From NCBI GenBank assembly GCA_964035545.1, contig OZ037768.1, forward strand, positions 12,719,675-12,783,674: a stretch of 64,000 nt of DNA, in the 5' to 3' direction. The notes beneath the pieces are model-generated. The model was not told the DNA's origin. It worked only from the letters and a program-made list of their open reading frames with translations, and made no database searches. The translations under genes were made by a program, and so were the position numbers. Below are positions 29,624 through 45,112 of the stretch, piece after piece (the stretch's first letter is position 1; every line of letters starts with the position of its first letter). Source of the DNA: Bugula neritina (taxonomy: Eukaryota > Animalia > Bryozoa).

Positions 29624-31871
29624 CAGTGTGGTATATTTAGGAGTGTTGCCTTTAAACCATTAAAAATCATTATGCCGTTATTGGTACTGCGAGTTTATAT
29701 AAGTTATAAAGGAAAAATTTTGCCACTTTTGTGATTTTATTTTATTTTTTCTTTTCTGTGTCCATTTTTTTAAGTTTTTTTTTATTGGTAAAGTTTTTAA
29801 ACATATTTTCAATGCATAGGAAATTTTAAAATAAATTAAAACTCAATCATGCACGTAAATACAAAGCTATAAAGTTTAGGCTTGGGTGTGATTACAATGT
29901 GAATATGAATTGAATAATGTTGCAATAACCATTTTACACAAAATACGTTACAGTTGCTATTAATGTAAGACCAGGGATGTAGTGGTACCCATACGGTCCC
30001 ATACGCCGTATGGCCTAGAAGAAAATAGACTGTTCTAGGCCATACGCCCGTGTGGGCATAATATTTTTGAAAGATGATTAGTGCACAGGATAGTTAAGGC
30101 ATCCTCACTGAGAATATCATAAATTTCGCTCACAATCTAGTTTAAGTTCTTGTTATGTTAATGCTCTGTGGGTGGCATGCGTGTTGCCTACTTGTGATTG
30201 TTTAGCCTGAGATTACACTATGAATGATATTATGCAGTTATCAACATTCCATCTTCTCATCTCTACGTGTTCACTGAAGCGCGAAGTGCTGTGCATTGGT
30301 GATTTCTAAGAAAAAATCTCATTTTCGGTGTATAATTCACCAACTTGTAGAAAATCTATGAAGGCTATTGAAAAGATCAAAAAATTTGCCATGCATAAAT
30401 TTCTCAGGTTTCCGATAGTGTTTGTTCTATTCGAATACCATGCTTTCCTGCTGAGATATTTGGCAGAAATTGAAAAATAAATTTTTCAGGTAAAATTGGC
30501 CAAAATGGGTAGATTTTTGTCTATAACTTTGCAAAAATATTGAAAACTCAAAAAAGCAGGTGATCTGAGGAACAGGAAGATCTAAAACATGGTTTTTAAA
30601 TTTTAATTCTAGCACAATTACCTAAGTGAGGTTTTATTTGGCAGGACTGAATTCTTCTAATATACCAATAATGTGGCCTCAGCAAGGCAGTGACAGCTAG
30701 AAGGTTGCCCTTATCTATCTTGTGTGAACTTGCATTTTGTCAATGATAAGCAATGGAATTTGGAAAAAACCAACATGAAATTCAGAAATAAAATCAAAAT
30801 GTCTTCAAGAAACAGTACCAGGTGTGTAGGGGAGGCTATTGAAAATCTATCACTGAGGTCTACAGGTACTATATCCACATTTTGGTCAAAAACCTAGCAG
30901 TGTTATTGCATGTTAATTATCAATGCAATAAGGTTTTGCAAACTGTACACCACCATAAGTAACCTTTTATGTGTGATTGTACTAACGTCTGGCTTTACAT
31001 TTAATCATCTTCTAGGTTAACACATATTAAACCTGTCAAATCTGTTCTTTTGGGGTATATTTCCTTGATGTATCTAGTGGAAGCTCAGGGGTTTTATTTT
31101 AAAACTAAGTCAACATACTCTTCTTGGGTGTTCTTTATTGTGTGTAAGGAGGTGTGGCGGTATCACCTTATGGATTAGACTAATACTCTAATAAACTCCA
31201 AATAGGTTTTCAACCAATTTCTGCTTGCCAATGAGTTATCAATTCAGATTTGCTCTTTATAAAAAACCAACACACATTTTCTGATTAGCAATCTTCCTCT
31301 GTTCTGATCTATTATTCTTTTTCTGTGCACGGCAGTGTATTAGTTATTTAAAGTAATAAGGTTGCATTTGGAGAGCACTTGTTACATGCCTCTATCCTTC
31401 CATCTTTTTGGGATATTCAGCAATTTTTCTGTACAGGTTGGACTTAGTGTCAGAACAAACCTAACTGCAGTTGAGTAAGACTACATTACATTACATTACA
31501 TTACAGTCAACAGGTATATGAGACAAGACTGAATATTTATATAGTTTGCAGCAATGCCCAGTCGTCATGTAGCTGGTATGGTATGAAAATAATAGCGAGG
31601 TGCACATTTCAACACAGATTTTTTTCAGAAAAATTAGAATTCACAATGGCTTTAAATTGCATAAATTTGCATCAGAAGTGCTCTGAGGGCTTTGGCGGCC
31701 GGGGCGCTGCCCCGGACCCCGCCGGGGGCCTGGGCGGCCCCCTGGACCCCCGGCCTGAGAGTATGGCCAAGAATATTTTTGCCACTACATCCCTGTGTAA
31801 GACTAGTAAATAAGATGCAAATAGGCACGGTAATACTACTTAAGTTATGCTTGTTTTGAAATTTGTAGTAA

Positions 31872-31902
<31 letters not shown>

Positions 31903-32052
31903 TATATATATGATAAAATATATAATATAATAATATATAATAGATTATTATAATATATATATATATTATATATTGTATATGATATTGTTTTACGTATATA
32001 ATATAATAATATATAATATATTATTATAATATATATATTCAAATATATATAA

Positions 32053-32112
<60 letters not shown>

Positions 32113-32945
32113 CATGCCAAATATTTACTACAAATTTCAAAAATAGCATAACTTTAGTAGTGTTGTAATGGATTTTAGTGGGGCAATTTATTGCTAGTTA
32201 TTATATCGAAAGGGTCGACTCTATATTGTATGCTATGGTGGAGATCGACTACATCGACCTCCTGCGACTTGTAGCTATAGCCAACAGTGGCACCACCAGT
32301 AACAACCAATCAGGACTGACACACTAATTAATAGCAGGTGGAGCTAGCTACTCGTAGTGGAAGAGCGCTGAGTAGCTAGCAGGGCAGAGCAGCTTGGGAC
32401 TTCATTTAGAGTAGTTGTGTATAAATGCTCACTTATTATATAATCGTTTCTATTCATGTTTAGCAGTAATTAGAACTTCTTGTATCGTGTAAATAATAAA
32501 CTTATCATAGCGTAAACAACCTGGTGTAGTGGCTTTGTTTAAGTCGACCCTTACATAATATAGTGAATTGTGAAATTCACTACAATATTAAAGTGTCTAC
32601 TTGCATCCAATTTACTAGTCTGACATTTATAGCAACTGTCACGTACTTTGTGTAAAATGGTTATTGCAAGCATTATTCACATTGTAATCACAGCAAAGCT
32701 TACACTTTATAGCTTTGTATTTACGTGCATGATTGAGTTTTAATTTTTATTTTAATTTTATGTGCTTTAAAATGTGTTTAAAAACTTTACCAATAAACAA
32801 AACTAAAAAAAATGTACACATGAAATAGAAAAAAAAAATAACTAAAGTGACAAAACTTTTCCTTTATAACTTATCTCGGCATAATGGCGCCCATATGACT
32901 CCATAAGATTTCCTAATGTCAACACTCCTAATATATACCACTCTG
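29624..32945. mobile_element. Long-TIR foldback element, unit 2 copy (interrupted by the 1824-bp hAT)
   Basis: TSD TACAAGAG at 29616-23 and 32946-53; homologous to 1432-2803. Confidence 0.85.
29972..31795. mobile_element. Non-autonomous hAT element, 1824 bp, copy A
   Basis: TIR CAGGGATGTAGTGG/CCACTACATCCCTG; 8-bp TSD TGTAAGAC, present once at the empty site 1771-1778 of unit 1. Confidence 0.95.
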
Positions 32946-33106
32946 TACAAGAGTGTTTTCACACTGAAAAAGAAAAAGACCATTCTGGCTGTTTACAGCA
33001 CAACTGATTGTCAGAAGAATGTCAACTTTGACAATTTACATAGAAACAAAAACCCTGGAATTACTAAGTATAGGTTTAGTATTTGACTTTTCAGGCCCTC
33101 CATTAG

Positions 33107-34353
33107 AATGGAGTAACACCAATGCATCTAAGTATGGAAGAAGATCGCATCCTTGTAGAAGAGATCCTGTTAAAGTATGGTGCTAGTCTTTGTTCAACTT
33201 CCAGAGCCGGTTTTTCTTCAGCTGACAGACATAGTGGTCAGGTAAATATTGTAAAATGTTTGTCAAAAATTGAAGCAGAAATTTGGTTAATATACCAATG
33301 CCATAGTACATTTTATGATGAATTGACCCCAATACACTTGTACATGCAGAAAAACCATACTCTTATAGCAGAGATCCTGTTAAAGTATGGTGCTAGTCTC
33401 TCCTCAACTGCCGGAACCGATTTTTCTTCAGCTGACAGACATAGTGGTCAACTTAATATGATTAACTTTCTTTCAAAACATGAAGTAGAAGAAGATTTAG
33501 CCCTTACATTATCTGCTATAAAGTCATCATGGTACATGGTACATTTTAGGACGGCCATGTTAATGTTCTGCTTACTGTTGAACTATATAACCTATAAAAA
33601 GAATTGTTGTATTTTCTCGAATCTAGAAACCCTCATCATAATGTTAGTAAGAGTGCTTACATTTTGTTAATTATATTCTTTATTCTAATCTCTGATGATT
33701 CATAAAGTCTACTAAACGGTTACTTATAGTGATTGTGTTTACAGAATGGCTACACGCCTCTACATTATGCTGCGGGAAAAGGTGACATGGATATCGTCTG
33801 TGCTTTGATAGAGTATGGCGCAAGAGTAAGCGCAGAGTCGGAAGATGGGTTCACCCCCCTACACCTTGCTGTTAGGGATGGACTCATTGATATTGTATCG
33901 ATGCTGTTGGAAAATGGTGCTAGTCCCAACTGTTATACCAAAGTAAGTCTATTTTTTCCAAACAGCTAGCGATGTTACAGTTACTTTTTGTGATCAACTG
34001 CCAGTGCGGCAGCATAATGTTGCAATGTTGCAACTGCAACTGTTATACCAACTGATTATTTTCGTGAACTATGATCCTTATCATGAAGTGGAAAACATAA
34101 AATTGAAAGCTTTTCTTATTAAATATTATTTGAGTATTGAATATTGAATATTTGATCGAGTTGCTACTGCTATGGCATATTTTAGGACGGATTTACCCCA
34201 ATGCACATGTGCAGGCAAAAATACCATGCTCTCATAGCAGAGATCCTGTTGAAGTATGGTGCTAGTCTCTCCTCAACAGCCAGAACCGGTTGCTCTTCAG
34301 CTGACAGACATAGTTGTCAACATTATATGATCAATTTTCTTCCAAAATATTAA
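33107..34353 (+). pseudogene. Inverted ankyrin-exon cassette, unit 2 (33107-33241, 33745-33942, 34186-34353)
   Basis: Homologous to 2965-4208, with the same splice sites and frames. Confidence 0.7.
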
Positions 34354-35686
34354 GCAGAAGGAAACTTAAAGTTTTTTTAGCATGAAGATAGATAAAAAAT
34401 TGGTAAGTTCTCCAAGTTTGCATGGCCAGATTCCATGCTCCCACAAATTTGAAGCATAGAGCATGCGTTTCATGCAATAACATTGGGTTATGTGCGTACT
34501 TGCAGTTATCCATCACATTATAGATGCTATCTGTTGTCTCAGTATGGATATAGGACCATCACCTATTATATGAAGACCAGTTTCTCTTTAGTAATAATCT
34601 AAAACATTCCATCCAGCTGGCTGGTGATGGTCAAGCCGGTAGTTTGTATAAGACTGAGATTTGTAATACTTAGCTCTCTGATGACTATATTCTTCCAGAT
34701 GAGGTTTGCTACTCCCAAACATCTCTCGTTACATGTAAACCTACCTTGTTGAACTTATTTTCACATTCACATTGAGGTTGGAAAATGTTACTTGCATTTG
34801 TTGTTCTGTTTTCTTTAGTGATGTTCCAAATTTTCCAATTACTAAAACTCGTTCTAGAATTCCTTTTAATTTATTGAGTATTGTTTTCATGCAAACTTAA
34901 CCCTAACTGATGATCGAAGTTCAAAAGTGTCTGAATAATCCTAATATAATTCTTGCAGTATAACTATATTAACACTCAACATAACTTCATGACATTAATG
35001 CTTTCTGTAAGAATGTACACAAATAGAGATGATGTCATACAACAATGGCATTCTAGATTCAATTTAGAAATTGTTTGAATCTACTATTACTCTAGCTTCA
35101 ATATAATATAATAGGACTCAGTAGCAAACATTTTAGTTTTGTAAAAAATTGATGCAAATTTGCTGTTTTTCCATAATATTTTAAATGTTAGAATAGATTT
35201 ATTTTCAAAGTATTTCAAAGCAAAGTCATTAAACTGGAATTAAAATCAAGTATTTGAATCTTTAAGTCCCTGCAGAGTGCAAGCAGTTTACTGGTCATAA
35301 TGTTTATTAGCAACTGTTTTCAAACCCACTTGAATTTTCTTCAAATGAGCTTTGTTGACAGTGAGTAAATTGTGCGCCACTAAATACAAGCAGTGATCAG
35401 AGCTAGAAACTAGTGCATGATGTATTGTTGCAAATTTATGAGGATAACTAACTACATGTGGGTTATTAAGATGATCTAACCACGTAGGGTTATGTGCGTG
35501 TGTGTCAGCTATCAGCGGTATGCTGCAATATTGGTGACAGATAGCAAGAATAATACAAACTTGTAAGAAAAACTACATTATGCAAAAGTTACATTAAGTA
35601 AAGAAAAGAGTACGGTATTAAAAGAAGCTACTGAATAACAGCGTGGGCAAGCTCAGGGTTTGTCCTTTATACTTGGGCAGCCACTC

Positions 35687-35790
<104 letters not shown>

Positions 35791-35808
35791 TATATACATA
35801 TATATATA

Positions 35809-36068
35809 TATATTTGGTACTAATACAATTTTGAATATAAAAATAAATTTAGATCTTCATTTTATTGACTACAATATTGTTTCACGTAGTGCGAGCTACG
35901 ATCATCAGGTTGTTCCTGATGATCGTAGCTCGCACTACGTGAAACAATATTGTAGTCAATAAAATGAAGATCTAAGTTTATTTTTATATCTAAAATTGTA
36001 TTAGTACCAAATATAAATACTCTATTTTTTGAAATTTTGAGTTCTTTTGATTCATTTTTAATTATAGA

Positions 36069-36071
<3 letters not shown>
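35809..36071 (+). mobile_element. Palindromic hammerhead-bearing PLE-type mini-element in (TA)n
   Basis: Arms ~35809-35909 and 35915-36015. The right arm reads CTGATGA-t-CGTAG-ctcgca-CTACG-t-GAAA-CAATATTG-TA followed by AATAAA, then a unique tail. Absent from unit 1. Confidence 0.85.
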
Positions 36072-36104
<33 letters not shown>

Positions 36105-36112
36105 TGTATATA

Positions 36113-36157
<45 letters not shown>

Positions 36158-36176
36158 TACTGTATATATATATATC

Positions 36177-36334
<158 letters not shown>

Positions 36335-36931
36335 TATACGTATATATATGTATATATGTTGTGTTTAGCAGGGGATACAGGATGTTATACTTCCGCTGGC
36401 CATAACGTTATTCACCAACATAATATTATAATATAGGGGTGACTGGGGGAGGGGGGGGGCACAAAGGGTAGAACTTTAAAGTTTTTGCTCTCATTCGTCT
36501 GTCTTTCAAGTTACTAGTTCAATAATCTCTAGTCTTAATGCTGCATCTGTTGTCTATTACAGGTATCAGTTTGTTGTTTCTATCTCTCTCACAACTTTCA
36601 GAATGAATTTTTCATGACGATTGTGCCCCGGTACCAGGGTACAATGGGCCACTGGGTGGGGCACAACAAATATATTGAAACTTTGCAAATTTTGTTCCAT
36701 CTGATCTATATTTATTTAATATTACAAATAAATAAAAATATTCTTTCAGATCTACAGAAAAGTTCATGTTTTAGTTGTACAGTTTGTGCCACCACTGATA
36801 GCAGAGGAAGGCTAAATCAAACGCACATCACTCGGTTCTACGGTACGCCATTATCATCACTGTTTATAAACTGAAAATGTTTTTTATTTTCACTTCAGAG
36901 GGAATTTTATCAGAAGAAACTTTAGTAAAAT

Positions 36932-37272
36932 GTGTTATAATTTTGCCAATTATAATATTTAGGGTAGATCCTGTGTGCAACTGTGTTTTAATTAGATGAA
37001 CGTCCCAAGAACTTTACAGAAGATACATGATAAAAGACTATATTTAATTATATACATACAACTAACATAAAAAATACATTTAACATCCACAATACTCTCA
37101 CAAGTCTACTTAACCTACTATCTCTATTCCTGTACTACTCTGAACTAACTAGCTATATAAAACTGTCTGGAAGCGTTCTGCTCCGCAGGGGGTAGTCACA
37201 TGCTTCAACACGATTGGTTATGGTGCACGTGTATGATTTGTACGCTTCGCTGGCCACTGCACATATATTACA
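36932..37272. mobile_element. Unit-2-specific ~340-bp insertion, solo-LTR-like (TGT...ACA)
   Basis: Absent at the homologous site ~7030-7040; TG/CA-type ends; TSD not exact. Confidence 0.45.
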
Positions 37273-38730
37273 AAATTCCAATGGACTTTTTTCTATGAAC
37301 TGTAGCTAAGGGGCATGGCTTCAATTTGTGGCTGGAGTACGGAAGGGGGGGGGGGGGAGCAAATGAGCAAACCACAATTTATTTTAGTGAAATACATGTA
37401 TATTTCTTCAACAATATAATATATAGTGAATATCATGACTATCTACTAGTAGCAACAGCAGAGTGTTTTGTATTATGCATAAAATGGCAAAGCTCTAACC
37501 TCACCAGATGTATATAAATTATTACAGGAGCTTCACCTTGTAGTTTTGCAGTCTTACCATGATGTCTTTGATATTTTACAAAACGGTTAAAAATGGCTAT
37601 ATCTATAGACTTTAGTAACATTTCAACGAACCTTTTGGGCAAACAAGCTAATAACAGTGATCGATCAGGGTGCAATTGTGCCTCATGTGGCCAAATGGAA
37701 AATAAATGTGCCTCAAAGAAAATTTATTTTAAAGTTTGCTGTTATACTTGCTAAGCGATGTAGAGACAAGATATGGCAACAATATCAGTAAAATCTAGGC
37801 TTGTTGCCTTTGAGCGTAAACAGTTATAAAGCTTTAACTACATCTAAAAAAAAAATTGCAAAAAGTAGGTAAAAACAGTTTTTCACTCGCCTTTTCAACA
37901 TGTATGTTCTGCAAGTGTTGAAACTACAATGGCTGAATAATTATGTGAATGCCTTTTTATGAAAAAAATCACAACTCTAAGTCAATGAGTTCTCTCACAA
38001 TTTGGACAGCTTTTGTACCCCTATAACCATTGTGGCTGGTTGGCAAGTTTTTATAATATTCGTTTTCATTCCTCACTAACTTGTGGTAAAATGTATAATC
38101 AGTGTGGTTGACTATGTTTAACAACATTACATGCACCAGGGATTTATGTGGAATACTTAATCAACAACAAAGTATGTTTTGGTGTACACTTTATATGTGT
38201 GTATTGAATGAGGAAAATAATTTTAGCCTCAGATATATTGCACAGACTATTACACACTATTGCTGCTCTATATTATACATATGTGATTATGTGTGATTGC
38301 GCAAGAAAATGTATATAATTACACAAAAGTGCTTTAAATAGACAAATATAGGTGAATATAGGTAAGATATTAGAGCAAGCAGTATACACTCAACAAGTAT
38401 TTAGAAGTAAACATTGGTAAAACACTTGAAATTAGTATCAAAACCAAAGATTTTAGTTTGTTTGATGCCAAATTCGTAGTCAAATATGTTTTGAAGTTCC
38501 CCTTTATGTTGGAGATTAAGAATCAAAATAACAACTTGATGACTAGACAAGGTATCGAGGCCCAAAGCATTGAATAAAGCACACTTCATTTTAAATCACA
38601 AAAGTAGTTTGAGAGCTAAGAACTTATTCTTTTCCAATGCAACATAATAAATATTTATATATAGCAGTTAATAATAATAATGTCTTTTATATAGTTTTCT
38701 ATATAATCTTCACATAATACTTTTAAAACT

Positions 38731-39967
38731 TCAGAAGTCAGAAGTATTTTCCCTTTTCGCTTTTGAGACTAAAGCAAAATATCGGCGCAGCCTCGCTGTA
38801 ACAATTCTCGTCATATTCTTTTCTACTATTCTGTCCAAAGTCTCAACGTCTAAAGAGCACATAACATATATCAGATTAGTTATGTATTAAAGTTTTCTTG
38901 CTATGCTTTGATACAAGTTTACAATCCTAATATTTTTATATAAAGAGGGACGATATATCAATAATGCTACTGTTTGAAGTGCAAGCAGAAGCTAGTTTCA
39001 CATTTCTGATCATATTGCATGTTACTATTAGCTTCAAAAAATATCAGAGATGTTCTTAAAAAAGACTGCTCAATGAATATAGTGGCTATACTCATAGCCA
39101 GCTGCATTGAGTGGAAGAAGGAAGTATTTCGGGGCAGTGAACAGTTGAGATTGTTTATACACTTCTGAAGACAATAAAGTCTGGAGATATGCTACACAGT
39201 TTGTATAAATTTGTATAAATACCAGCATGTGACATGCTATAACAACCTGTTTCTATACCTGGTAACTTTACACTGCTTGTGAAAATAACAGTTTTTCAAT
39301 ACTGATGAATCTTAAGGTGTTGACAGCTCAAAATTGGCAAAAGCTAAAGTTGATAACAAAGTTTACTATTTAATACTACATACCACAAAGGCTGTCATTC
39401 ACTGCTTGCTTATGTTCCTGCCATGTTACACCATCATCACTTGCGATGACAATGGTTTCCTGTTCATCTTGACTAGCAGCAACATCTATTATGACAGGGC
39501 TGAAAAGGAAAAACACAAGTGCCTCTTTTAGAAAACAGTTATACTTTTTACATGTACTGTGTTTGAATAAAGATGTAATAAGGTTTAATGAAAACATGAA
39601 AAAGTAATAAAAATAACATAAAGATTTTCAGTTTCTCCCACTAAACTCAATGACAAGTGTGTGAATAAAAATTACCCAATAAAGGTAGCACAAGCAGGTT
39701 CTAGAGAGAGAATGGGGGAGATGACAGATTCACTGTTATGAAGAGAGGGCATCACTCCTTTCTCAAGGAGACGGCACACAATCCTCATTGGTTCGGTTGC
39801 CACACCAGGTGGGATGGTAAAATGGACTTTCTCTCGGCATCCCTGGAAGACTCCTCCTCTGGCATCCACCAGGAAACTGATACGGAATCTAAAGTGAGAT
39901 GCATATACAATGTCAACGCAGTTGATAATGTAGTAGCTGGTAGTTAATTTATGTGTGCATGTGTGCG

Positions 39968-40003
<36 letters not shown>

Positions 40004-43000
40004 TGGGGTGTGTTGTTATTGCAGTAGCAGTTTTCTTATATATATAGTTGGGTACATTATATACTAAACATACTTAGTGACTCCAGGGTTTTTACTTTTC
40101 ATTGAATTGTCAGAGTGTAAATCCTCCTGAGAATGAAGTGTGCTGTGGGCCCTCTTACAAGTTTTTCTCTTTTTCAGAGTAAATACACTCTTGCATTTGA
40201 AGCCTAAAATGAATAGAATAAACTACTAGTATGGGTGTGTGTGGGTGTTTGTGGGTGTATGCATGTTCGTATGTGCTTGCGTGTGAGTCGCTGCGTGTTC
40301 GTAAAGAACTGATATATATTTACATACATTGATGGCTAAATTATTGCTTGGAACTCACTAGGCCTCTAACAATAAAGTAAAATTAGCTATGGGTTTTACC
40401 ATTATGCAAAACCATAAAGTAGTAATTTTCGATTCGAAAAATTCTCAACAATTTAATTTGCAAATAATTGCCAGTATGAAACAAAGTTTTTGGTGAGTTA
40501 ATAATCAGATCCTTACCAGCAGAGGCGATGCTACGTAAAGCCCGCCTTATTTTTCCTGTTCGAGGTTTTGTCTCAACGCTCTGCATACCATACGCCTACA
40601 AGGAAATTATTGCATTGCTATTGTACAATCACATTAAATATACATTTTCATAGATAGACACTTCAATAGGCGTTTATAATATATATAATGATGATATAAT
40701 GCACTCCAAATATACTAATTCAACATTCATAATGCTGTGCCCAATTTATTAAGTGAAGAGTCCCTAACTAAAAAACCAGTAACTATAAAAGGTCTTAAAT
40801 AAACAGAATAATTGAAAATTTATCAATGCTTTTCGAAACATGACCAATTTCTAGTAATCTTGTTACTCCAAATATTTTAAAGCTCTATCTAATCTCAGTC
40901 ACATCCGCAAATTTCATTGATGTTATATTTACTAGTTAGCTGACCCAATAAATCAATAATTGACCAAAAACAGAACTGACATGCATTGGGAAAACGCTTA
41001 TATCAAAATGAGTAAAATGATGCACGTTTAGCTCATGACTTAGAAATAGACTGTGATCCAGATAAACACTAGACAGAGCCAGATTGACTACTAAGTTCCT
41101 CACATGTGCAATCAGCTTGTGAGACAAAGTTTAGATATGGTTTGATCAACTCATTGACTAATGGCCCAGAAGATGCTGTAGCAATGTTTTGCTGACACAA
41201 ATTTGAATGTCAGACTAAGTCAATGTGAACACAAAATTAACACACTATCAAATATGTTTAGTCCAATATAAGTTGCAATATTGAATACTGCAATGTTATG
41301 ATTCTAATATCAAACTGTAGATGATGTTATAACAGATAATGTAAGGGCAATGTCTACTTCTGCTTCATGTTTTGACAGAGATTTTACAATATTTACCTGA
41401 CCACTATGTCTCTCAGCTTTAGAGGTTGTAGGGAGACTAGCACCATACTTCAAGAGAATCTCTGCTGTGAGAGCATGGTTTTTCTCCCTGCACAGGTGCA
41501 TTGGGGTTAATCCGTCCTAAAATATACCATAGCAGTAGCAACTCAATCAAATATTCAATATTCAATACTCAAATAATATTTAATAAGAAAAGCTTTCAAT
41601 TTTATGTTTTCCGCTTCATGATAAGGGTCATAGTTCATGATAATTTGATTTAAATGTTATAAATGAAAACTAATCAACTATCAATCACTTATAAAATAGA
41701 TATCTGCTGAATAAAAAAGTAATAGAAGTTTGAATAAAGAAACTTAAAACAGCAAATGTTGAGATAGTATGCTGCCACACTGGCCGTTGATCACAAAAAG
41801 TAACTGTAACATCTCTAGCTGTTCGGAAAAGGTAGACATACTTTGGTATAGCAGTTGGGACTAGCACCATTTTCCAACAGCATCGATACAATATCACTGT
41901 GTCCATCCATAGCGGCAATGTGTAGGGGGGTGAACCCATCTTCCGACTCTGCGCTTACTCTTGCGCCATACTCAATCAGAGCACAGACGATATCCATGTC
42001 ACCTTTTCCCACAGCATAATGTAGAGGCGTGTAGCCATTCTGTAAACACAATTACTAGTAACCATTTAGTAGACTTTATGAATCATCAGAGATTAGAATA
42101 AAGAATATAATTAACAAGATGTAAGCACTCTTACTAACATTATGATGAGGGTTTCTAGATTCAAGAAAATATAACAATTCTTTTTATAGGTTATGTAGTT
42201 CAACAGTAAGCAGAACATTAACATGGCCATTTACAATGTAGGTGATTTTTAATCATAAAAAGTAATGAAGCTAACATACATTGATCAAACAGACTCCAAA
42301 ATATTCATAATTTTGCTGAGCTATCTCAAGTTTAGCAGAATAACTCTCACCTTAGCCCTGCTGTCAGGGGAGACACCATATTTCTCCAGCAGAAGTAAAA
42401 CTATTGCAGCTTGACCATGCTGAGCAGCTAGGTGCAGAGCTGTATGTCCATCATCATTTTTGAGTTCAGGCTTTGCGCCTTTTTGGAGTAACATCCTAGT
42501 TACTGTCTGTTGATTGTTTTCAATGCTGACATGGAGAGGCGTCAATCCATTCTACAAGCACCAGTATGCACTGTGTCTACATGTAACTCAAAATAATTTA
42601 GGAGTAAATTCTACAACAATTGAAAGTAAATTTTGGTAGACTGCTTTTTACCAGTTCTAATCAACATACACAGCCAACGGTTGTTCTCAGGTGGAGGAAC
42701 TGAATACACTAAATTGTTACCTTAGTCATGGAATCAAATAGTTTTGAATGCTTTGGAAGTGAAGTGATAACTCGTTCATTTCCTTGTTTTGCTGCTACAT
42801 GCAGCAGGGAATAGTTATCTCTAACCTCAGCATTCACATCAAATTCATGCTGCAACAGAAGCAGTACACTATTTACACTACTCACTACTTCAACTCTTGT
42901 TGTTACATAATAAACAAACATTATTTGTATAGCTATACAGGTTTCTCAAAGTAGTGATGAAACAGAAAAGTAAAGCACCATTTCCAAAATAGTCCACCAG

Positions 43001-43823
43001 GAACTTCAAGTCTTCTCAATTGAAAACTAAATGTGAAAGTGAAAGTAATTGCAGTGTAGTTCTACAGTTACTCCTAACTCTTTAAGTTTAGTGTGTGCTT
43101 ACTGAAGATGGGTCTTCATTGTCTAGAGAAGAGGGTGTATGTAGTTGACTACTACTGATCTCACTGTGATCAATAGATAGTTCCTCACTGTCAACCTCTA
43201 TTTCGGATTCACTAGCTCGGCAACATACTAAAAGTGACAATACTGTCATGTATAGACTCGGATATATTCATTTTACAATCTGATTTAAAGAGGTCTATGG
43301 GATTTGAATACCACTTCAAAATATCAAACACACCATTAGCCGATCTTTTAACTTTATGCCTAGATCCTAGTTACTAGATTTACTGTATCCCTTTGCCCAA
43401 AACAAAATAGTACGTAAAAAAAATTAGTAATACTGTTTCATCTTCCTCTAATGGGACTATATTCACCAGATTGATGTGTATTTTACTGTGTGCAAAAAAC
43501 TTGAATGGAAATATTTGAACTTCTGCCTGATTGTTTATAATGATGGCAAGATGATATGGCCCGATTGCCATATAGTAATGCAGGCAGCTTTAATTAGACA
43601 AACTGAGAAGGATATGACAAACATTCATATGATACAGTCACTATAAGAGTGTACATACATGTAGCTGATTAATATATTTATATTGGAACAAAATCAGCTA
43701 AATCTAAGTGACTAAGATATATATATAGTGTTAGACAAGTTTGCAAATTATTTAGCTCTGCATACAAAACTTACCCAAATTGGTAATTGAGGCCCGAAAG
43801 CTTCTGAATAATTCTAATATCAT
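38731..43823 (-). CDS. Mini-ankyrin (ANK repeats + single ZU5), copy 2. Exons 43823-43775, 43227-43103, 42849-42721, 42551-42351, 42039-41842, 41516-41397, 40595-40517, 40203-40074, 39888-39676, 39499-39384, 38849-38731; 492 aa
   Basis: Exon lengths and splice sites are identical to copy 1 and the frame is open. ZU5 begins FLVDARGG. Confidence 0.8.
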
Positions 43824-45112
43824 TTTTGCAGTATAAGCATATTAACACTCAACATAATATTAATACAATAATGTTTTCAACAGAAATGTAGACTAATAAT
43901 TATGATGTAAACAGTTTTTGTTGTGGGTAGTATTATGATTGTGATGTCATACAACAATGGTATCCCAATTTAAATGTAGCAAATATTTCAATTTATTATT
44001 ACATTAACTTTAATATCTTATTATTAGGACTTATAAGCAACAATTGCAAGGTTTTCATACTTCGCAAAGTGGTAGACAGTTTGTATTTAATTTGAATTTT
44101 AATAAAAAATTATTGAAATTCATATAAATTTGGTACCTGCAGGACAATTGGATGAATAAAGTGAATAAATTAAGTGAATAATTTTTTAAATAACTTTTTC
44201 ACTGCAGGTTTTTAAAAACCTAATATAAGAACAAATTTGAGAAAGCAGTACTATGTTCAGCATGTTTTCCTATATACTTATCTGTTGAGCATGTGAAGCC
44301 GTCTGCAACTTGAGTAAATTATAATAGCGCTAAATTTTTAATGGTAAATGTAATTATGAACGAACTAATATCAATGAACTTATTAAAATTCTATGACTGT
44401 AATATAACATACATAATATATGAAAACTGACCAGAGCTACAATTCAATAACTTGTGAGAGAGTTATCTTTTTGTACACCCATGACCATTCCACCCTCCCT
44501 CCCCCTACTATTATTTGAATAACCTGTGAGAGAGTTATCTTCTCTCTACTATATTGAATGCTCTTATGAACCTCTAATGAAATGGAATTCTATAAACCAA
44601 CTTCAAACTTATGTCAGACTGCACTGGCTAGTCTGATGTGAATAGATCTATTCTCAAATACAACATTTTTAACAAGAAGATGGTATCAATAATCAATACA
44701 GGAATATATATAAGGAGTGAAGGGAGACATAACATGCTATTAGTAATTTAAGTTTATCACTAATGGTCCACCTTTTCATGTTCTTCAACAATCCAAAAAC
44801 TAGGCTGCTTGACTATTACCAACATGTCACATGACTAATTTTGAAACTGATTTGCAAGTTCTAAAACATGCTGACAATATACTACTAGAAGTAATATAGA
44901 GTAAACTATATATTAGTCTTGAAAGGTATATACTATATATGATGAACTGTTTTTAATTGTCAATAGAAAGCCAGTACTGTGGAATATTCAGTCTTATAAA
45001 GGTAGAAAATATACAACAACTGCTACCACAGAGCCATCAGTACTGTATGATGGATAATATTATAAACAATTCTACAATAACAAATGTATGAATGAGATGG
45101 TAATGTACATAA

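Noticed and set aside
31583-31903. GC-rich ORFs (GGRGAAPDPAGG)
   Set aside because: They lie in the subterminal GC hairpin of the non-autonomous hAT and show no transposase motifs.
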